Shown here: piece by piece, positions 29,742 to 40,991 of the stretch
How the letters are laid out: each line of letters starts with the position of its first letter
Position numbering within the stretch: position 1 is the first letter of the stretch
Assembly (NCBI RefSeq): GCF_024331145.1
Contig: NZ_JANDJO010000005.1
Coordinates: forward strand, 46,709 to 110,708
Origin: Shimia sp. CNT1-13L.2
GTDB taxonomy: Bacteria > Pseudomonadota > Alphaproteobacteria > Rhodobacterales > Rhodobacteraceae
Direction: 5' to 3'
Length of the DNA stretch: 64,000 nucleotides
The notes under the pieces: model-generated
The model's input: only the letters and a program-made list of their open reading frames with translations
Told to the model about the DNA's origin: nothing
Databases searched by the model: none
Made by a program: the position numbers and the translations under genes

Positions 29742-30450
29742 CATCCTGCTGCTCCACGGCTCCTGCCACGGCGCATGGTGCTGGCGCGACACCATCCCCG
29801 CACTCGCCGCCCTCGGCCACACCGCCCGCGCCATCGACATGCCCAGCCACGGCACCGATCCCACACCAATCGCCGAGGTCACACTGGAAAGCTGCACCCG
29901 CTCCGTTGTCGACGCGCTCGACAAGGACACCGTGGTTGTCGCCCACAGTTGGGGCGGCTTCCCCGCGACGCTGGCCGCCGACATCGCGCCTGACCGCATC
30001 CGCCACCTGATCTACCTCTGCGCCTATATCCCGCGCGACGGCCTTTCGCTGGTCGACATGCGCAAACTCGCCCCGCGCCAGCCGATCCTGAAGGCGATCA
30101 ACCGCGCCGAAGACGGCCAAAGCTACACCGTCTTCCCGGAACACGCCGAAGAGGTCTTCTACGCCGATTGCCCCCCCGGCACCGTCGCCTATGCACAGGC
30201 CCATATCACGCCACAGGCCACCCTGCCGCAAACCACGCCCGCCCGGCTGGGTTCCGGCCACACCACCATCCCCCGCAGCTACATCCGCTGCGCCTTTGAC
30301 AACGCCATTCCCACCGAGTTCCAGGAAGAGATGGCCACCGCCCTGCCCGCCACCAACCGGCACCTGCTGTCCACCAGCCACTCGCCCTTCTTCGCCAACC
30401 CCACCGGCCTCGCCACCCTGATCAACGACATCCTCAACACCCCGTCCTGA
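29734..30450 (+). CDS. alpha/beta hydrolase (methylesterase/SABP2-like esterase)
   Basis: 238 aa; LLLHGSCHGAWCW, HSWGG nucleophile motif. Confidence 0.75.
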   Translation: MADILLLHGSCHGAWCWRDTIPALAALGHTARAIDMPSHGTDPTPIAEVTLESCTRSVVDALDKDTVVVAHSWGGFPATLAADIAPDRIRHLIYLCAYIPRDGLSLVDMRKLAPRQPILKAINRAEDGQSYTVFPEHAEEVFYADCPPGTVAYAQAHITPQATLPQTTPARLGSGHTTIPRSYIRCAFDNAIPTEFQEEMATALPATNRHLLSTSHSPFFANPTGLATLINDILNTPS

Positions 30451-30541
30451 GGCGCAGGATAAGGGTGCGAGGTCCGAGACACCTTGCGTCTGGTTTGAGG
30501 CTGGGTTGTCGCATACAGCGACAGGTCCCTAGTCTATTGCT

Positions 30542-30979
30542 TTAGCAGTTGATATCGACTGGGTCTTGAAGCATCGGCCAATCTTCTAAGATTTTATCGA
30601 GTTTAGAATTGAAGGAGAACCTTACAGCAACCATGTCTTCCACAGATTTTTCATAGACAAAACGAACATAGATGCTTCCGATGTCCTGTTGGTTGAGAAC
30701 AATAAAATGCTCAACAACAAGGCCTCCCACATTGGCGACCTCAACAACTGCCCCCTCGTCAAACTTGTCAGGCAAAGCGCTGATGGAGCCCACAATCGTC
30801 TGAAGTGCATTTTCGTTATGACCGAAAGTCGTTTCAAGAGCTTGAAAAGCCTTGGACTTACTATCGATAAAAGCGTTGACGAAGTTACAAGACTGCTCGG
30901 TTGCCGTTGCACCCAATCCCGGCAAAGCTGTCGTAAAGACCAACACTATCGGTAACAATGCAAGACGTACAAAATTCAT
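30542..30979 (-). CDS. orphan secreted protein (AT-rich islet)
   Basis: 145 aa; signal peptide MNFVRLALLPIVLVFTTALPG; region 30480-31130 clearly AT-rich; no family recognised. Confidence 0.5.
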   Translation of the reverse strand: MNFVRLALLPIVLVFTTALPGLGATATEQSCNFVNAFIDSKSKAFQALETTFGHNENALQTIVGSISALPDKFDEGAVVEVANVGGLVVEHFIVLNQQDIGSIYVRFVYEKSVEDMVAVRFSFNSKLDKILEDWPMLQDPVDINC

Positions 30980-31122
30980 GAAAAGTGCTCCGGATCGAGT
31001 TTAGGTTAAATGTCCAAACATGAAATCACGACCTTGGCATTTCCACAACATTTGCCTCAGTCAGTTCGACCGCGAAAATAATTTTCTTTTCTGCGACGCA
31101 GCCATTGGCACATCCCCAACTT

Positions 31123-31160
31123 CCCAAACAACTACACCCCCGCAGAAACCTGCGAGGGTG
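31123..31160 (-). terminator. putative terminator after SPFH gene
   Basis: Reverse strand CACCCUCGCAG-GUUU-CUGCGGGGGUG followed by UAGUUGUUUGGG. Confidence 0.45.
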
Positions 31161-31258
31161 TTTTTCTGTAAGACCCCATTGCACCGCTGTGTTTGACCTC
31201 ACAACGGGTCCAGCAAGAGGCGCAGGCTTCCCGCGCCCCTTCCGTGTCTCCGCAAGCC

Positions 31259-32698
31259 TTACTGGCCGGTTGCGATCGAGCGGTTGTAGTCAAGCCGTTC
31301 CGCCGCCTGCAGCGTCAGGATCTGGAACAGGCGCGAGGCCTCGTCGTCTGATCCGACCGGCGCGCCACCGTCCGATGACCCGCTGCCGCCAAAGACATAG
31401 GTCGGCACGTTGCGGCGGGCGAAAGCCTCCGCCCAAAGGCGCTGGATTTCCACCTCGGCATCCAGCTTCTGCGCCAGCGCGTTGTCCGCCTCGAGGATCT
31501 GCGTCTTGGCATAGGCCTCTGCATCCGCAGCCACCTGTACGGCCTCGGCATCAATCCGTGCCTTCTCCAGAAGGATCTCCGACTGCTCCTTTGCAATCCG
31601 TGCCGCTTCCCGCTCACGCTCGGCCGCGGTGATCGCCAGCTGCTTTTCGGTCTCGGCATCGGTGGTCTTTTCGATCTGGATCACCTTCGCCGCCGCCTGG
31701 CGTTCGGCCACCTCGCGTTCCCCGCGGGCCACGGCCAACAGCTTCTGTTCCTCTTCCTGAATGCGCTGTTCACGGGCAATTGCGCGATCCGCCGCTGCCT
31801 GCTGGCGCAGCGCCATGCGGTCCTTGAACTTCTGGTTCGGGTTCACATCCGTCACCCGCGCCGAGGTCACCGAGATCCCGAACTTGGTAAACGACTGCTG
31901 CTTGCGGCGCGGCTGACCGGTGGCATCCAGCAGCTTCTGAACCACGAAAACCGTCTTGGTGTCGTCGCCAAAATCCTCCTGATCCTCGCCCAGCGCCGCA
32001 TTGGCCGAACCCGCGCGCCTCTGCCCGCTTTCCACCTGCGTCTCGATCCGGCGCACAAGGTAAATCCCGTCCTCCATCTGGCGCTGGAACTCGTTGTTGA
32101 ACTCGGTCTTGCCGCCCTGGAAATAATCCTCTGCCGACATCAGCGCCGCCGTCGCCCCAAGGGTTTCCTCGAACGCCGGTACAAGTTCCGTGCGCAATAG
32201 GTTCTCGGGCGTACGGTACTGGCGGGCCAGACGCAGGAAGGCATCCTCATCGCTTGGCAGCTCAAACCGCGAGGTGGCCGACACGAAGGCATCCACCTGA
32301 TCCAGGAACACGAGCGATTTCGGCGCAAGGTTCGCGCTCATCTGCGCGCTTTCGGCCTCGGCGACAACCTCGCCACGTCCCGACGATGACGCCTGCACCG
32401 ACATCGCGTTCTTCCACGCGTTGTAGCGCCCGAACAGATAGAGGTTATAGCCGGTATCCGACACCATCTTTTCTTCGCCCAGAATGGTGCGCACGTGGTA
32501 TTTGAACCCCGGCTCGGCATAAAAGAACATCCCGTTGAACGCCGTCACGACGACCATCAGAAAGCCCCCTGCCTTGATGCCCCAACCGGCCATGTTCACG
32601 GCCCCGTCAAGGTTGGCATTGTCCGGAAAGTTGAAGTTGCGACGTATGACATAGCCCGCCGCAATGATGAAAAGTCCTAGGATTGGCCAAAACAGCAT
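31259..32698 (-). CDS. SPFH/band-7 domain protein, flotillin-like with EA-rich coiled coil
   Basis: About 479 aa from MLFWPILGL (GGGGGATTTAC RBS). N-terminal TM, band-7 core, long Glu/Ala/Arg/Gln-rich heptad region (AEREREAARIAKEQSEILLEKARIDAEA). Confidence 0.8.
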   Translation of the reverse strand: MLFWPILGLFIIAAGYVIRRNFNFPDNANLDGAVNMAGWGIKAGGFLMVVVTAFNGMFFYAEPGFKYHVRTILGEEKMVSDTGYNLYLFGRYNAWKNAMSVQASSSGRGEVVAEAESAQMSANLAPKSLVFLDQVDAFVSATSRFELPSDEDAFLRLARQYRTPENLLRTELVPAFEETLGATAALMSAEDYFQGGKTEFNNEFQRQMEDGIYLVRRIETQVESGQRRAGSANAALGEDQEDFGDDTKTVFVVQKLLDATGQPRRKQQSFTKFGISVTSARVTDVNPNQKFKDRMALRQQAAADRAIAREQRIQEEEQKLLAVARGEREVAERQAAAKVIQIEKTTDAETEKQLAITAAEREREAARIAKEQSEILLEKARIDAEAVQVAADAEAYAKTQILEADNALAQKLDAEVEIQRLWAEAFARRNVPTYVFGGSGSSDGGAPVGSDDEASRLFQILTLQAAERLDYNRSIATGQ

Positions 32699-32890
32699 GT
32701 AAATCCCCCTGTGGTATTGTTTTCTTAAAAGAAACGGGCGCATGGATCGCCCCCTCAACAACCAGAATATGGGGATTGTATTTAACAAATTCAAGACATT
32801 AGCACATTACCCCCGCTTCCCTGCTGACTTTCGGGACGTTTGCGATTACCACTGGCCGCGCCCTGATTACCCAACCAAAGGACAGTCCAA

Positions 32891-34219
32891 ATGGCCGGTT
32901 CCGTCTTCGACAGCCCCCTGTTTTCCCGCCTCTTTCCCACCGGCGAGGCAGGCCGCCTGTTCACCGACACGGCCGAGGTCCGGGCCATGCTGCTGGTCGA
33001 GGGAACATTGGCCAAGGTACAGGGCGAACTGGGCCTGATCCCCGAAAACAGCGCCTTCTTCATCCACCGCTCCGCCATGGAGGTCCAGATCGACCCCGCG
33101 GGCCTTGCCGAACCCACCGGCCAGAACGGCGTAAACGTCCCCGGTCTGGTGGCGGCCTTCCGCAAGGCCATGGAAGCCCCGGAACACGCCCAATACATCC
33201 ACTGGGGCGCGACCTCGCAGGACATCATCGACACCGGCCTGATGCTGCGCCTGCGCTCGCTGCTGACCCTGGCCGAGAAAGACCTCAAGACCTGCCTCGC
33301 TGCCCTCGCCGCGCTTGCAGAGACCCACGCCGAAACCCCGATGACCGCGCGCACCTATGGCCAATACGCCACCCTCACCTCCTTCGGGGCGCAGGCCGCC
33401 GAATGGGGCGCGCCGCTGCTGGGCCTGCTTCAGGAACTGCCGGACCTGCGCGCCTCCTGCCTCATGGTCTCGCTCTCCGGCGCGGCAGGCACCGCCGGCG
33501 CCCTCGGCCCAAAGGCCGCCGAAATTCGCGCCGCGCTGGCCAAGGGCCTCAACCTGCGTGACCCCGGCCACAGCTGGCACACTGACCGCACGCCGGTCCT
33601 GCGCATTGCCGACTGGCTGGTGCGCAGCAACATCGCCCTTGGCAAGATCGGCGAAGACCTGATCGCCATGGCCATGTCCGGCATCGGCGAAATCGACCTC
33701 GGCGCAGGCGGGTCCTCCTCGACCATGCCGCAGAAACAGAACCCGGTGATGCCCTCAGCCCTCTCTGCCCTGTCGCATCAGGCACGCGGTCTTCTGTCCA
33801 CCCTGCAAGGCGCGGCCATCCACAAACACCAACGCGACGGGGCCGCATGGTTCACCGAATGGCTGACCCTGCCGCAGATCGCCCTCGGCGCGGCCTCTGC
33901 CCTGACGCTCGCAGCGAAACAACTTCCGCTGATCGCGCCACGCCCTGATGCGATGGCCCAATCCGTCAACGCCCCACTCCAGCTGATCCACGCCGAGGCG
34001 CTGTCTTTCGCGCTGGCCGCCCACATGCCCCGCCCCGACGCACAGGCCGCCACCAAGGAGCTCTGCCAAGAGGCAAACGCCAGCCAGACGCCTCTCTCGA
34101 CACTCACGGCCCGCGACTACCCGCAGATTGACAGCGCCCTGTTCGATCCCGCCACGCAACTGGGCACCGCCCCCGCCGATGCCCGTGCCTTCGCCGCACA
34201 GGTCGCCACGCTGAAGTAA
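32891..34219 (+). CDS. fumarate-lyase superfamily enzyme (3-carboxy-cis,cis-muconate cycloisomerase / adenylosuccinate lyase-like)
   Basis: 442 aa; GATSQDIIDT and GSSSTMPQKQNP class-II lyase signatures. Confidence 0.8.
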   Translation: MAGSVFDSPLFSRLFPTGEAGRLFTDTAEVRAMLLVEGTLAKVQGELGLIPENSAFFIHRSAMEVQIDPAGLAEPTGQNGVNVPGLVAAFRKAMEAPEHAQYIHWGATSQDIIDTGLMLRLRSLLTLAEKDLKTCLAALAALAETHAETPMTARTYGQYATLTSFGAQAAEWGAPLLGLLQELPDLRASCLMVSLSGAAGTAGALGPKAAEIRAALAKGLNLRDPGHSWHTDRTPVLRIADWLVRSNIALGKIGEDLIAMAMSGIGEIDLGAGGSSSTMPQKQNPVMPSALSALSHQARGLLSTLQGAAIHKHQRDGAAWFTEWLTLPQIALGAASALTLAAKQLPLIAPRPDAMAQSVNAPLQLIHAEALSFALAAHMPRPDAQAATKELCQEANASQTPLSTLTARDYPQIDSALFDPATQLGTAPADARAFAAQVATLK

Positions 34220-34292
34220 CGTCGCGCCACAATTGCCAAACCGGCGCGCCCGCGCCACCTTAGGCGGCACAGTACCAGTGCCCGAGCCCCCC

Positions 34293-35495
34293 ATGCGCCC
34301 CAACCTGCCGATCCTCTTCATCTTCATCACCGTCGTGATCGACGCCATGGGTATCGGCCTGATCTTTCCGGTCATGCCAACGCTGATCCAAGAGGTCTCG
34401 GACGGCACCCTGGCCGACGCCGCGATCTGGGGCGGCGTGCTCTCCGCCGCCTTTGCCCTGATGCAGTTCCTCTTTGGCCCGATCATCGGCAACCTCTCGG
34501 ATCGTTACGGCCGTCGCCCGGTGCTGCTGGTCTCACTGATGGTCATGGCGGTCGACTACGTGGTCATGGCGGTGGCCGGCTCGATCTGGCTCCTGCTGGC
34601 AGGCCGCATCGTCGGCGGCATCACGGCCGCCACCCATTCCACCGCCTCTGCCTATATGGCCGACATCTCAAAACCCGAAGAAAAAGCCCGCAACTTCGGC
34701 CTGATCGGCGCGGCCTTCGGCGTCGGCTTCGTGCTGGGGCCGGTGCTTGGCGGCCTGCTCGCCGAATTCGGCTCGCGCGCACCGTTCTGGGCCGCGGCCT
34801 GCCTCACCGGGGCCAATGCCCTTCTGGGCTGGATCGTGCTGCGTGAAACGGTGACCGACAAAATCCGCCGCCCGTTCTCGTGGAAACGCGCCAACCCGCT
34901 TGGCGCCCTGCGCGCTGTCACTCACCTGCCGGGCCTTGCCGCGCTTCTGGCGGTCTATTTCTTCTACCAGATCGCCACCGCCGTCTATCCGTCGATCTGG
35001 GCCTATTTCACCACCGAACGCCTCGGCTGGTCGCCCGGCATGATCGGCGTTTCTCTTGCCGCCTACGGCCTCGGCTTTGCCATCGTTCAGGGCCTGCTGG
35101 TCGCGCCATCCATCCGCATCTTCGGCAACCGCGGCACAGTAACCTTCGGCCTCCTGATCGAATTCGCCTCGCTCCTCTTCCTCGGCGTCGTCACCTCCGG
35201 CCTGCTTGTCCTCGCCGCCGTCCCGGTCTCCGCCCTCGGCGCTCTCGGAATGCCCGCCCTCCAGGCCATCATGTCCCGCCGCGTCCCTGATGACGCGCAG
35301 GGCGAACTACAGGGCGTCCTGACCTCGCTCACCTCTCTGGCCACCATCCTTGCGCCGCTGATGATGACGCAAACCTTCGCCTATTTCACCAAGCCCGCCG
35401 CCCCGGTCTATGCCCCCGGCGCCCCCTTCATCCTCTCCGCCTGCCTGCTCGGCATCGGCCTCCTCTTGTTTTCTCGCGTCCGCAAAAAGCTCTGA
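34293..35495 (+). CDS. MFS transporter (DHA1/TetA-like)
   Basis: About 400 aa from MRPNLPILFIF; 12 TM; GxLaDrxGrkp-like motif SDRYGRRPVLL. Confidence 0.85.
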   Translation: MRPNLPILFIFITVVIDAMGIGLIFPVMPTLIQEVSDGTLADAAIWGGVLSAAFALMQFLFGPIIGNLSDRYGRRPVLLVSLMVMAVDYVVMAVAGSIWLLLAGRIVGGITAATHSTASAYMADISKPEEKARNFGLIGAAFGVGFVLGPVLGGLLAEFGSRAPFWAAACLTGANALLGWIVLRETVTDKIRRPFSWKRANPLGALRAVTHLPGLAALLAVYFFYQIATAVYPSIWAYFTTERLGWSPGMIGVSLAAYGLGFAIVQGLLVAPSIRIFGNRGTVTFGLLIEFASLLFLGVVTSGLLVLAAVPVSALGALGMPALQAIMSRRVPDDAQGELQGVLTSLTSLATILAPLMMTQTFAYFTKPAAPVYAPGAPFILSACLLGIGLLLFSRVRKKL

Positions 35496-35605
35496 ACCCC
35501 GCACTTCCAGAAAATGTCAGGCATTTGACGGCACGTCTCGAATTTTTGCCCTTGCGTAACCGTGCCGTGCCCCGCAACGCTGATGCCAGCCAAAGGGAGG
35601 GCACC

Positions 35606-36691
35606 ATGCAAACAATCAAAGCCGCTGTCTGCCACGAATTCGGACAGCCCCTCGTTGTCGAAGATGTTCAGCTCCGCAGCCCCGAAATGGGCGAAGTCGA
35701 AGTCACCCTCGACGCCGTCGCCGTCTGCCATTCCGACATCTCCTTTGCCGACGGCGCATGGGGCGGCACCCTGCCAGCAGTCTACGGCCACGAAGCCGCT
35801 GGACGCGTCACTTCCGTGGGCGCGGGCATCACAGGCCTTGCCGAAGGCGACCCCGTGGTTGTCACCCTGATCCGCGCCTGCGGCACCTGTCCCTCCTGTT
35901 CGGAAGGCAAACCCGTGATCTGCGGCACCCCCTACGATGGTGACAAGGGGCCGCTGAAAACCGCCGAGGGCGGCACCCTGCATCAGGCCATGGCCTGCGG
36001 TGCCTTCGCCGAAAAGGTGGTTGTTGACCAAAGCCAGGTTGTAAAAATCCCCGAAGGCATCCCCATGGACTCCGCCGCGCTTGTGGCCTGCGGAGTCATC
36101 ACCGGCGTCGGCTCGGTCGTGAATGCTGCCCAGCTCCGCGCCGGTCAGGACGTGGTTGTCATCGGCGCAGGTGGCGTTGGCCTCAACGCGATCCAGGGCG
36201 CCCGCATCGCCGGGGCGCGCCGCATCGTCGCCGTCGACATGAGCGAGGAAAAGCTCGAAATCGCCAAACAGTTCGGCGCCACCGACGGCGTCCTTGCCAC
36301 CGAGAAGAAACCCTTCGTCAAAGCCATGCGCGCGATGGGCCGCGGCGCCGACGCCGTGATCGTCACCGTCGGTGCCATCCCCGCCTATGACGAAGCCCCC
36401 CGCTACCTCGCCCCTGGCGGCAAGGTCATCATGGTCGGCATGCCGCATTCCGGTGCCAAATCCACTTACGAACCCGTCATCCTCGCCGCCATCGGCCAGG
36501 GCATGCAGGGCTCCAAGATGGGCGACGTCGTGATCAAGCGCGACATTCCCTGGATGGTCGACCTCTACCAGCAGGGCCGCCTCAAACTCGACGAGCTGAT
36601 CTCCGGCCGCTGGACCCTCGACCAGATCAACGAGGCCATCGCCGACACCAAAACCGGATCGGCCAAACGCAACGTGATTGTCTTTGACTGA
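35606..36691 (+). CDS. zinc-dependent alcohol dehydrogenase family oxidoreductase
   Basis: 361 aa from MQTIKAAVCHEFGQPL (AGGGAGG RBS); CHSD zinc ligands, GAGGVG Rossmann. Confidence 0.85.
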   Translation: MQTIKAAVCHEFGQPLVVEDVQLRSPEMGEVEVTLDAVAVCHSDISFADGAWGGTLPAVYGHEAAGRVTSVGAGITGLAEGDPVVVTLIRACGTCPSCSEGKPVICGTPYDGDKGPLKTAEGGTLHQAMACGAFAEKVVVDQSQVVKIPEGIPMDSAALVACGVITGVGSVVNAAQLRAGQDVVVIGAGGVGLNAIQGARIAGARRIVAVDMSEEKLEIAKQFGATDGVLATEKKPFVKAMRAMGRGADAVIVTVGAIPAYDEAPRYLAPGGKVIMVGMPHSGAKSTYEPVILAAIGQGMQGSKMGDVVIKRDIPWMVDLYQQGRLKLDELISGRWTLDQINEAIADTKTGSAKRNVIVFD

Positions 36692-36714
36692 CGCGGCAGG
36701 ATAAAAGCCAACCC

Positions 36715-37083
36715 ATGCTGACCTTCCTGACCGACCTGTTCAAACCGCAAGCGCCCAAGGCCCCGCCGATCACCTCGGAAACCTCGATGAACTTCGATGC
36801 TCCCGAGGTCGCGCCCTTCCTCACGCGGCTCGCCAACAACCCGCGCTTCGGACTTCCCGCCGACCTTGCCGAACAGATCGCCAGCGATCTTTCTGGCATG
36901 GAACTGGGCCAGACCCGCCGCTGGAAAGTCGAAGGTGATTTCGACGGCGCCCCCGTGATGATCGAGATCGAGGCCTTCATGGACGACATCGACGCCCCCG
37001 ACCTCACCTTCTTCGGCCCCGACGCAACCGTCGCCGAGATCGATCGCGAACTGATCGCATTTGACGAGGCCACCGCCGGCTAG
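36715..37083 (+). CDS. small acidic hypothetical protein
   Basis: 122 aa, strongly acidic C-terminal half; no motif recognised. Confidence 0.4.
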   Translation: MLTFLTDLFKPQAPKAPPITSETSMNFDAPEVAPFLTRLANNPRFGLPADLAEQIASDLSGMELGQTRRWKVEGDFDGAPVMIEIEAFMDDIDAPDLTFFGPDATVAEIDRELIAFDEATAG

Positions 37084-37163
37084 CGGCGCACGGGCCAGTC
37101 ACCCAATCTTCATGAAACCTTGTGCCCCGCCCTCCCGGCGGGGTTTGGCGTTTTCACACCTCC

Positions 37164-37209
37164 GCAATACCGTCACGATACCGACGGAATACCGACGTGG
37201 AATTTCGAC
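37164..37209 (+). repeat. 11-bp-phased tandem direct repeat array, copy 1 (ATACCGTCACG / ATACCGACGGA / ATACCGACGTG + GAATTTCGACC)
   Basis: Read directly; second copy at 43418-43461. Confidence 0.5.
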
Positions 37210-37337
37210 CTGTTCTGACGCCAGAGAATCACTCTATCGAAGATCGACTGCCGGCCCTTCACCTGAATTTTTTGATAAAACGATCAGATTATTCATTTCC
37301 AGAATGAGTATTTTAATGAATGGACGAAAAAATCTGA

Positions 37338-39148
<1,811 letters not shown>

Positions 39149-39369
39149 CCTTTCCCGCGGGGGCCAGCCCCCGCACCCCCGGAGTATTTTCCGTGCATTG
39201 AAGGCCAGCCTGTCTTCAATGCACCCGAAATACTCCCGCCGGAGGCGGAACCTGCCTGCCGCTACGTTGGTGCAGGCAACGCCCGTTTCCGACATCCTCT
39301 GACGCATTCACGCTTGCTTTGCCCCTTCGCCACGGTCACCCTCTCCGGAAACCAACAGGGAGAGAGCCG

Positions 39370-40602
39370 ATGCGCCTCATGGACCTCGATGTCATCGTCA
39401 CCGCACCGCCCGCACCGGGCTGGGGTGGGCGCTACTGGATTCTGGTGAAAGTGACCACCGACACCGGCATCACCGGCTGGGGCGAATGCTATGCCTCGAC
39501 CATTGGCCCCGAGGCGATGACCCACGTGATCCGCGACGTCTTTGAGCGGCATTTCTTTGGCGAGAACCCCGAGAACATCGAACGCCTGTTCCGCAAGGTC
39601 TATTCTTCCGGTTTCACCCAGCGCCCCGACCTGACCGTCATGGGGGCCTTCTCCGGTCTCGAGATCGCCTGCTGGGATATCCTTGGCAAACACCGCGAAC
39701 GCCCGGTCTGGGCTCTGCTTGGCGGGCTGATGAACGAAAAGCTGCGCGCCTACACCTATCTCTACCCGCTGCCGCATCACTCGATGTCGGAGTTCTGGAC
39801 CTCGCCCGAGATGGCAGCAGAGACGGCCGCCGCGATGGTCGAAAAGGGCTATACCGCCGTCAAGTTCGACCCGGCCGGCCCCTATACCATGCGGGGCGGC
39901 CACATGCCCGCAATGAGCGACATCACCATGTCCGCCGCTTTCTGCAAGGCCATCCGCGAAGCGGTCGAGGATCGCGCCGACCTGCTGTTCGGCACCCACG
40001 GCCAGTTCAACACCGCAGGGGCCATCCGGCTTGGCCAGGCGCTCGAACCCTATTCGCCCCTCTGGTTCGAAGAACCCACGCCCCCCGACAACATCGAGGA
40101 CATGGCCCGCGTCGCCCGCAACGTGCGCATCCCTGTCGCAACTGGTGAACGTATGGCCACCAAGGCCGAGTTCGGTGCCGTGCTGCGCGCGGGCGCCGCC
40201 GAGATCCTGCAACCTGCCCTTGGCCGCGCCGGTGGCATCTGGGAAATGAAGAAGGTCGCCGCCATGGCCGAAGCCTTCAACGCACAGATGGCACCGCACC
40301 TCTATGCCGGCCCCGTCGAGTGGGCCGCCAACATCCACCTCGCGGCCTCGATCCCCAACCTCCTGATGATCGAAACCATCGAGACCGACTTCCACAATGA
40401 CCTGATCAGGGGCGCTATCAGCGTCGATAACGGTTTTGTGATCCCGCCCGAAACCCCGGGCCTCGGCATCGAGGTCGACGAAGATCTGGCCCGCGCGCAT
40501 CCCTATACAGGCAAGGATCTGCACCTCCAGATGCAGGATGCGCCCTGCGACTATGCAAATGGCAACAGTTTCCAGGGCGGCGCACCCGCCCCTGCGGACT
40601 GA
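39370..40602 (+). CDS. enolase-superfamily enzyme (mandelate racemase/muconate lactonizing enzyme family dehydratase)
   Basis: About 410 aa from MRLMDLDV (GGGAGAGAG RBS); metal ligands in ...FEEP.../...ATGER... pattern of MR/MLE family. Confidence 0.8.
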   Translation: MRLMDLDVIVTAPPAPGWGGRYWILVKVTTDTGITGWGECYASTIGPEAMTHVIRDVFERHFFGENPENIERLFRKVYSSGFTQRPDLTVMGAFSGLEIACWDILGKHRERPVWALLGGLMNEKLRAYTYLYPLPHHSMSEFWTSPEMAAETAAAMVEKGYTAVKFDPAGPYTMRGGHMPAMSDITMSAAFCKAIREAVEDRADLLFGTHGQFNTAGAIRLGQALEPYSPLWFEEPTPPDNIEDMARVARNVRIPVATGERMATKAEFGAVLRAGAAEILQPALGRAGGIWEMKKVAAMAEAFNAQMAPHLYAGPVEWAANIHLAASIPNLLMIETIETDFHNDLIRGAISVDNGFVIPPETPGLGIEVDEDLARAHPYTGKDLHLQMQDAPCDYANGNSFQGGAPAPAD

Positions 40603-40666
40603 TCTCGCACTTTCCCAAAAGCCGTGTTATATGGGTCCAAAGACCCGAGGAAACGTGCAAGTGAAC

Positions 40667-40987
40667 ATGCAGAAGACCCCAGCACCGCCCGCCGAAATGG
40701 CGCGCAGCGCCGCACAGGCCGCTGCTTACCTCAAGACCCTGGCGCACGAGGGCCGATTAATGATCCTCTGCCACCTCGGCTCGGGTGAAAAATCCGTGGG
40801 CGAACTGGAACAGCTTCTGGAAATCCGTCAGGCCGCCGTGAGCCAGATGCTCGCCCGCCTGCGCGAAGAAGGCCTTGTCCAGACCCGCCGCGACGGCAAG
40901 ACCATCTACTACAGCCTTGCCGACGACAACACCGCCGAAGTGATCGGCATGCTCTACCGCCTGTTCTGCGGACCGGCCGAGGAGTAA
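40667..40987 (+). CDS. ArsR/SmtB-family transcriptional regulator
   Basis: 106 aa; LKTLAHEGRLMILCHLGSGEKSVGELEQLLEIRQAAVSQMLARLREEGLV winged-HTH of ArsR family; 4-bp gap to lhr. Confidence 0.8.
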   Translation: MQKTPAPPAEMARSAAQAAAYLKTLAHEGRLMILCHLGSGEKSVGELEQLLEIRQAAVSQMLARLREEGLVQTRRDGKTIYYSLADDNTAEVIGMLYRLFCGPAEE

Positions 40988-40991
40988 CCCC

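Noticed and set aside
28938-34219. Protocatechuate beta-ketoadipate pathway (pcaD-like hydrolase plus pcaB-like lyase)
   Set aside because: There are no pcaG, pcaH, pcaC, pcaI/J or pcaF genes. The two genes are 3 kb apart and separated by unrelated genes, so the family-level similarity is insufficient to call the pathway.
37164-37209. Tandem 11-bp repeats as a possible CRISPR array
   Set aside because: Only three units, 11-bp period with no spacers, and no cas genes. This is far too short for CRISPR; it is treated as a regulatory or repeat element instead.
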